Of a stretch of 64,000 nt of DNA, positions 61,190 to 64,000 are shown piece by piece. The stretch comes from Candidatus Kapaibacterium sp. (GTDB taxonomy: Bacteria > Bacteroidota > Ignavibacteria > Kapaibacteriales > UBA2268). The stretch covers positions 3,072,001-3,136,000 of the forward strand of contig OY762428.1 in the NCBI GenBank assembly GCA_963665665.1. The letters run 5' to 3'. The notes below the pieces were generated by a model. That model was not told where the DNA came from, did not search any database, and worked only from the letters and a program-made list of their open reading frames with translations. The stretch's first letter is position 1. Each line of letters begins with the position of its first letter. The translations under genes and the position numbers were made by a program.

Positions 61190-61534
61190 ATGTCGGCAAA
61201 TACAAAAACATATCAGCCGGTACAGGCTGTAAGCGTAAAGGCAGCGGAAGACCTTCCGGGGTTTCGTTTCGTATCACATCTCGGATCGGTATGCGCCGCA
61301 GGGGCGAAATCACTTGGCGTACCCGAGGTATCCTGGAAAGAAGACGAACAGGCGGCGGTGATAACTCTTGGCACTATTGCCGTTGAAACATCGGAAAGTA
61401 TCAGTGCCGGTGCGAATGTTACATCCGATTCCGAAGGAATGGGCGTTGTTGCTACTGAAGGAGATGCTGTTAACGGCAGGGCGCTGGATTCATGCTCCGA
61501 ACCCGGTTTTGTAAAAATATTACTTGTGCCATAG
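61190..61534 (+). CDS. Capsid cement/decoration protein (DUF2190-like)
   Basis: 114-aa Gly/Ala/Val-rich; G..V.SD..G..V....G...GRAL pattern; follows the capsid gene. Confidence 0.7.
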   Translation: MSANTKTYQPVQAVSVKAAEDLPGFRFVSHLGSVCAAGAKSLGVPEVSWKEDEQAAVITLGTIAVETSESISAGANVTSDSEGMGVVATEGDAVNGRALDSCSEPGFVKILLVP

Positions 61535-61542
61535 GTGACGGC

Positions 61543-61983
61543 ATGGCATATATCAGCGAATCAGATTTTTTAAAAGAATTGTCTTCGGAGGAGCTTGCCC
61601 GGCTTACGGGCGACCCCTCCGGGGCAACGATTGACCACGAGCGCACGGGAATTGCGATAACACGTTCCTGCGCGGTGATTGATACCATGCTGCACGGCAA
61701 ATACGGCGTACCCTTTGCAAGCCCGCCGGAGATAATAATAAAGATTGCGGCTGACCTTGCGGTGGCGCATTTGCTTGAGTTTTATTACAAGTCATCGAGT
61801 TTGCCTCCTACAATTGCCTGGCGCAAGGTGAATGCCATGAACCTGCTGAAGAAAATTGCCGCAGGGGAAATTATCCTGACGGGATATACCGCTACCTCAG
61901 ACGCTCCCCCGGCAATAGTCTGCAGAACCAGGCAGCAGCGGCTGTTTTCGGATGAAGTACTGAACAATTACGGAGATGATTAA
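61543..61983 (+). CDS. Mu gp36-like head-tail connector (DUF1320)
   Basis: MAY...D......EL..LT.D, IDTML..KY.VP, AADLA..HL, A..LL..IA.G.I.L. Confidence 0.8.
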   Translation: MAYISESDFLKELSSEELARLTGDPSGATIDHERTGIAITRSCAVIDTMLHGKYGVPFASPPEIIIKIAADLAVAHLLEFYYKSSSLPPTIAWRKVNAMNLLKKIAAGEIILTGYTATSDAPPAIVCRTRQQRLFSDEVLNNYGDD

Positions 61984-61984
61984 A

Positions 61985-62272
61985 ATGAAAAGCAAAATTC
62001 AATATATAACAAGATACGGTGTGTGGATGCTGATTGGCTTATTTACCTTCCTGCTTCTGATGCCACGCTCCGCCGAGCTGAACACACTGCTGCTTATACT
62101 CCTGATCGAGTTCACGGCAATAGGGCTGTCGGGCCTTGCGGCTTATGTTTACACCAGGGTTGATTTCACCCGGGAATACACCCGCCACGAGCTTGGGTTG
62201 ATTTTTCTTGGCGTGCACATCTGCGCCGGCCTTACCATGACGGGAGTGTATTTTACGCAGTTTATGGTATGA
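61985..62272 (+). CDS. Small three-TM membrane protein (holin candidate)
   Basis: Three hydrophobic segments in about 95 aa, immediately upstream of a peptidoglycan hydrolase gene. Confidence 0.5.
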   Translation: MKSKIQYITRYGVWMLIGLFTFLLLMPRSAELNTLLLILLIEFTAIGLSGLAAYVYTRVDFTREYTRHELGLIFLGVHICAGLTMTGVYFTQFMV

Positions 62273-62350
62273 GTAGGGGTTTTAGAGATTTTCTCAACCA
62301 CCCCTTTTTTCCCTCCTTGAAAAGGAGGGGAGAAGAAACGAATATAAAAA

Positions 62351-62520
62351 ATGAGGCTGCCTCGAAAGCCTGAAAAGCGGTCATTTCCCGACAAGCCGGG
62401 ATCTTCGACTGAGCATGGTGAAGAATCCATAACCCGCATGAATACTGGATTCTTCACTTCGCTCAGCCTGCCCTCAGCCTGCCCCGATGTGTCGGGGATT
62501 TATCGGGGAATGACAAATTT
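62351..62520. repeat. Composite palindromic repeat, copy 1
   Basis: ATGAGGCTGCCTCGAAAGCCTGAAAAGC.GTCATTTCCCGACAAGCCGGG...GGGAATGACAAATT, nearly identical to 63598-63755. Confidence 0.9.
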
Positions 62521-62595
62521 CCAAAAATCGGAATAGTGAGGCATCCCGTTTAGGGGAGATAGAAGTATTATTCAAAAAAACATAAGAGGTAAAAA

Positions 62596-63180
62596 TTGAA
62601 AACAAATATGCTAATAATATTGATATGGCTGCTGCCGATGATAGGTGATGCTGCTGAAAAATATGAACTGAGATGTCTGCCGGGATTACTGGAAGAATCC
62701 ATGAAAATTGCTATTGATCAGGCCGGGACGCTTGAAAGCGGAAAGAACTCCGGCGCTGTGGAAAAATACCTGGAATCGGTAGGGTTGAAACCCGGAAACC
62801 CTTACTGTGCTGCCGGACAATACTACTGCTTTCTGAAAGCCGCGCGGAAGCTGGGATTGAGCATAAGATCAATACCAATTCCGCGTACAGGCCTGGCAAA
62901 TGCAATTTTCAATCATGCAAAGAAATACGGTAGAAAGGTTCCTTACAAACCAGCAGTTCACGACCTTCTGATATACAGGAAAGGCCGTACCCGCTTCGGC
63001 CATGTGGAAAGGATAATAGAAACGGGCCGCGCAGGCTGGGTGAAAACTATTGCATTCAACGTCAGCAGTATTGTTGATGGCAAGAAGCGGGAAGGAGTGT
63101 TTATCCGCAAAAGGAATATTTATCATCCGCTGGCGGCTATGTTCGTGCGCGGGCTTGTAGGATTCAGGGAAAGGGATTGA
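62596..63180 (+). CDS. CHAP/NlpC-type peptidoglycan hydrolase (endolysin-like) with N-terminal hydrophobic signal
   Basis: G..E...N.G..V.KYL..VGL..GNPYCAA (catalytic Cys) and GHV (His). Confidence 0.7.
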   Translation: MKTNMLIILIWLLPMIGDAAEKYELRCLPGLLEESMKIAIDQAGTLESGKNSGAVEKYLESVGLKPGNPYCAAGQYYCFLKAARKLGLSIRSIPIPRTGLANAIFNHAKKYGRKVPYKPAVHDLLIYRKGRTRFGHVERIIETGRAGWVKTIAFNVSSIVDGKKREGVFIRKRNIYHPLAAMFVRGLVGFRERD

Positions 63181-63181
63181 C

Positions 63182-63541
63182 ATGATAAGGAAGATATGTG
63201 AAAACCACCCCATGGACAGCGATTATGACAACGGAAGAATACTTACGAATCAGGGTAGTTTTCCCGGTAGGAATAAGCAGATAAAACTAAAGTCCTGGGA
63301 AATTTCATGGGACGGCGCAGCTGGAACTTTGGACGGAACGATTAATATATACGCTTCCAATTCGGGGCACAGTGAATCCCGAATTCAAAGCATCAACGTC
63401 GGCAGTGCATCAAACACAGACGACTGTGTTCTTGATGCTCCGATAGTTGATTCGGAATTCATTCGCTTTGAATATACTGCGCATTCTATCACTGCCGGAA
63501 CGCTGAACATTGTGTTGTTTTATGATTCGATTAATCCGTAG
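63182..63541 (+). CDS. Hypothetical beta-rich protein, probably virion-associated
   Basis: Coupled to the preceding gene; W.G..GT..I..SN...IRFEY.....AGTL pattern common in phage structural proteins. Confidence 0.5.
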   Translation: MIRKICENHPMDSDYDNGRILTNQGSFPGRNKQIKLKSWEISWDGAAGTLDGTINIYASNSGHSESRIQSINVGSASNTDDCVLDAPIVDSEFIRFEYTAHSITAGTLNIVLFYDSINP

Positions 63542-63563
63542 GGGCGACCCTTGTGGTCGCCCT
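63538..63563 (+). repeat. GTAG-type REP palindrome
   Basis: GTAG-GGGCGACC-CTTGT-GGTCGCCC-T, classic GTAG REP architecture. Confidence 0.8.
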
Positions 63564-63597
63564 CATCTAAGATTCTGGGATAAGAACCACCCCTGTA

Positions 63598-63755
63598 ATG
63601 AGGCTGCCTCGAAAGCCTGAAAAGCTGTCATTTCCCGACAAGCCGGGATCTTCGACTGAGCGTAGCGAAGAATCCATAACCCGCATGAATACTGGATTCT
63701 TCACTTCGTTCAGCCTGCCCCGATGTGTCGGGGATTTATCGGGGAATGACAAATT
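63598..63755. repeat. Composite palindromic repeat, copy 2
   Basis: Near-identical to 62351-62520. Confidence 0.9.
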
Positions 63756-63868
63756 CCCAAAAATCAAAATAATGAGACATCCCGACTTAGGGGTGGTTGG
63801 GAAAATATTTGGTGATTCGGAGACTTTCCATAAACGAGATGTTGAAATAATATAAACCATAAAGAAAT

Positions 63869-64000
63869 ATGAAGAAAACAATACTAATATCGCTTCTGTC
63901 CTTCGCCTTAGGGATATTCACCGGATTATCCTTTGTCGAAAAAGGTAGTGTATCAGTGCAGGAAAAAATTGTTCGCGACACGGTTATTAAAACCATAAGG
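63869..64000 (+). CDS. Membrane-anchored protein, 3'-truncated (possible spanin-like/lysis-associated)
   Basis: MKKTILISLLSFALGIFTGLSFVEKGSVSVQEKIVRDTVIKTIR..., open to the window end. Confidence 0.5.
   Translation, partial: MKKTILISLLSFALGIFTGLSFVEKGSVSVQEKIVRDTVIKTIR

Noticed and set aside
62351-63855. Paralogous small ORFs MRLPRKPEK... at 62351-62536 and 63598-63855
   Set aside because: They are translations of the duplicated palindromic cassette and diverge in frame after it

Overview
Chromosomal window from a low-to-moderate GC bacterium of the FCB group. SusC/SusD and several T9SS C-terminal sorting domains, together with clear GGAG Shine-Dalgarno sites, suggest an Ignavibacteria/Kapabacteria-like lineage rather than Bacteroidia (inference). 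Most of it is housekeeping or envelope genes: guaB, Xaa-Pro peptidase, lpxH, susCD, cobB, acpS, a SulP plus two-component cluster, HU plus a bS22-like small ribosomal protein, ECF sigma/anti-sigma, tRNA-Gln(CTG), a type II RM pair, rfbC, lpdA and T9SS beta-propeller proteins. Four regions stand out. (1) 15.6-18.3 kb is gene-free and holds two related 21-bp tandem arrays pointing away from a roughly 500-bp, extremely AT-rich core; hairpin insertions in the left array keep the 21-bp register. (2) 38.0-43.5 kb is an arginine-catabolic operon with no arginine deiminase but an ArcE-like arginine synthetase, plus an ATCase paralog with four active-site substitutions (E50K, K84E, D162A, Q231D). (3) 30.0-31.9 kb encodes an ECF sigma with an anti-sigma that appears to span both membranes. 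(4) 58.9-64 kb is an intact Mu-like head and lysis module with no integrase, replication, terminase or portal gene upstream and host REP-like palindromes filling its larger intergenic gaps, a candidate domesticated capsid or GTA-like system. All assignments come from motif recognition by eye; no database searches were run.
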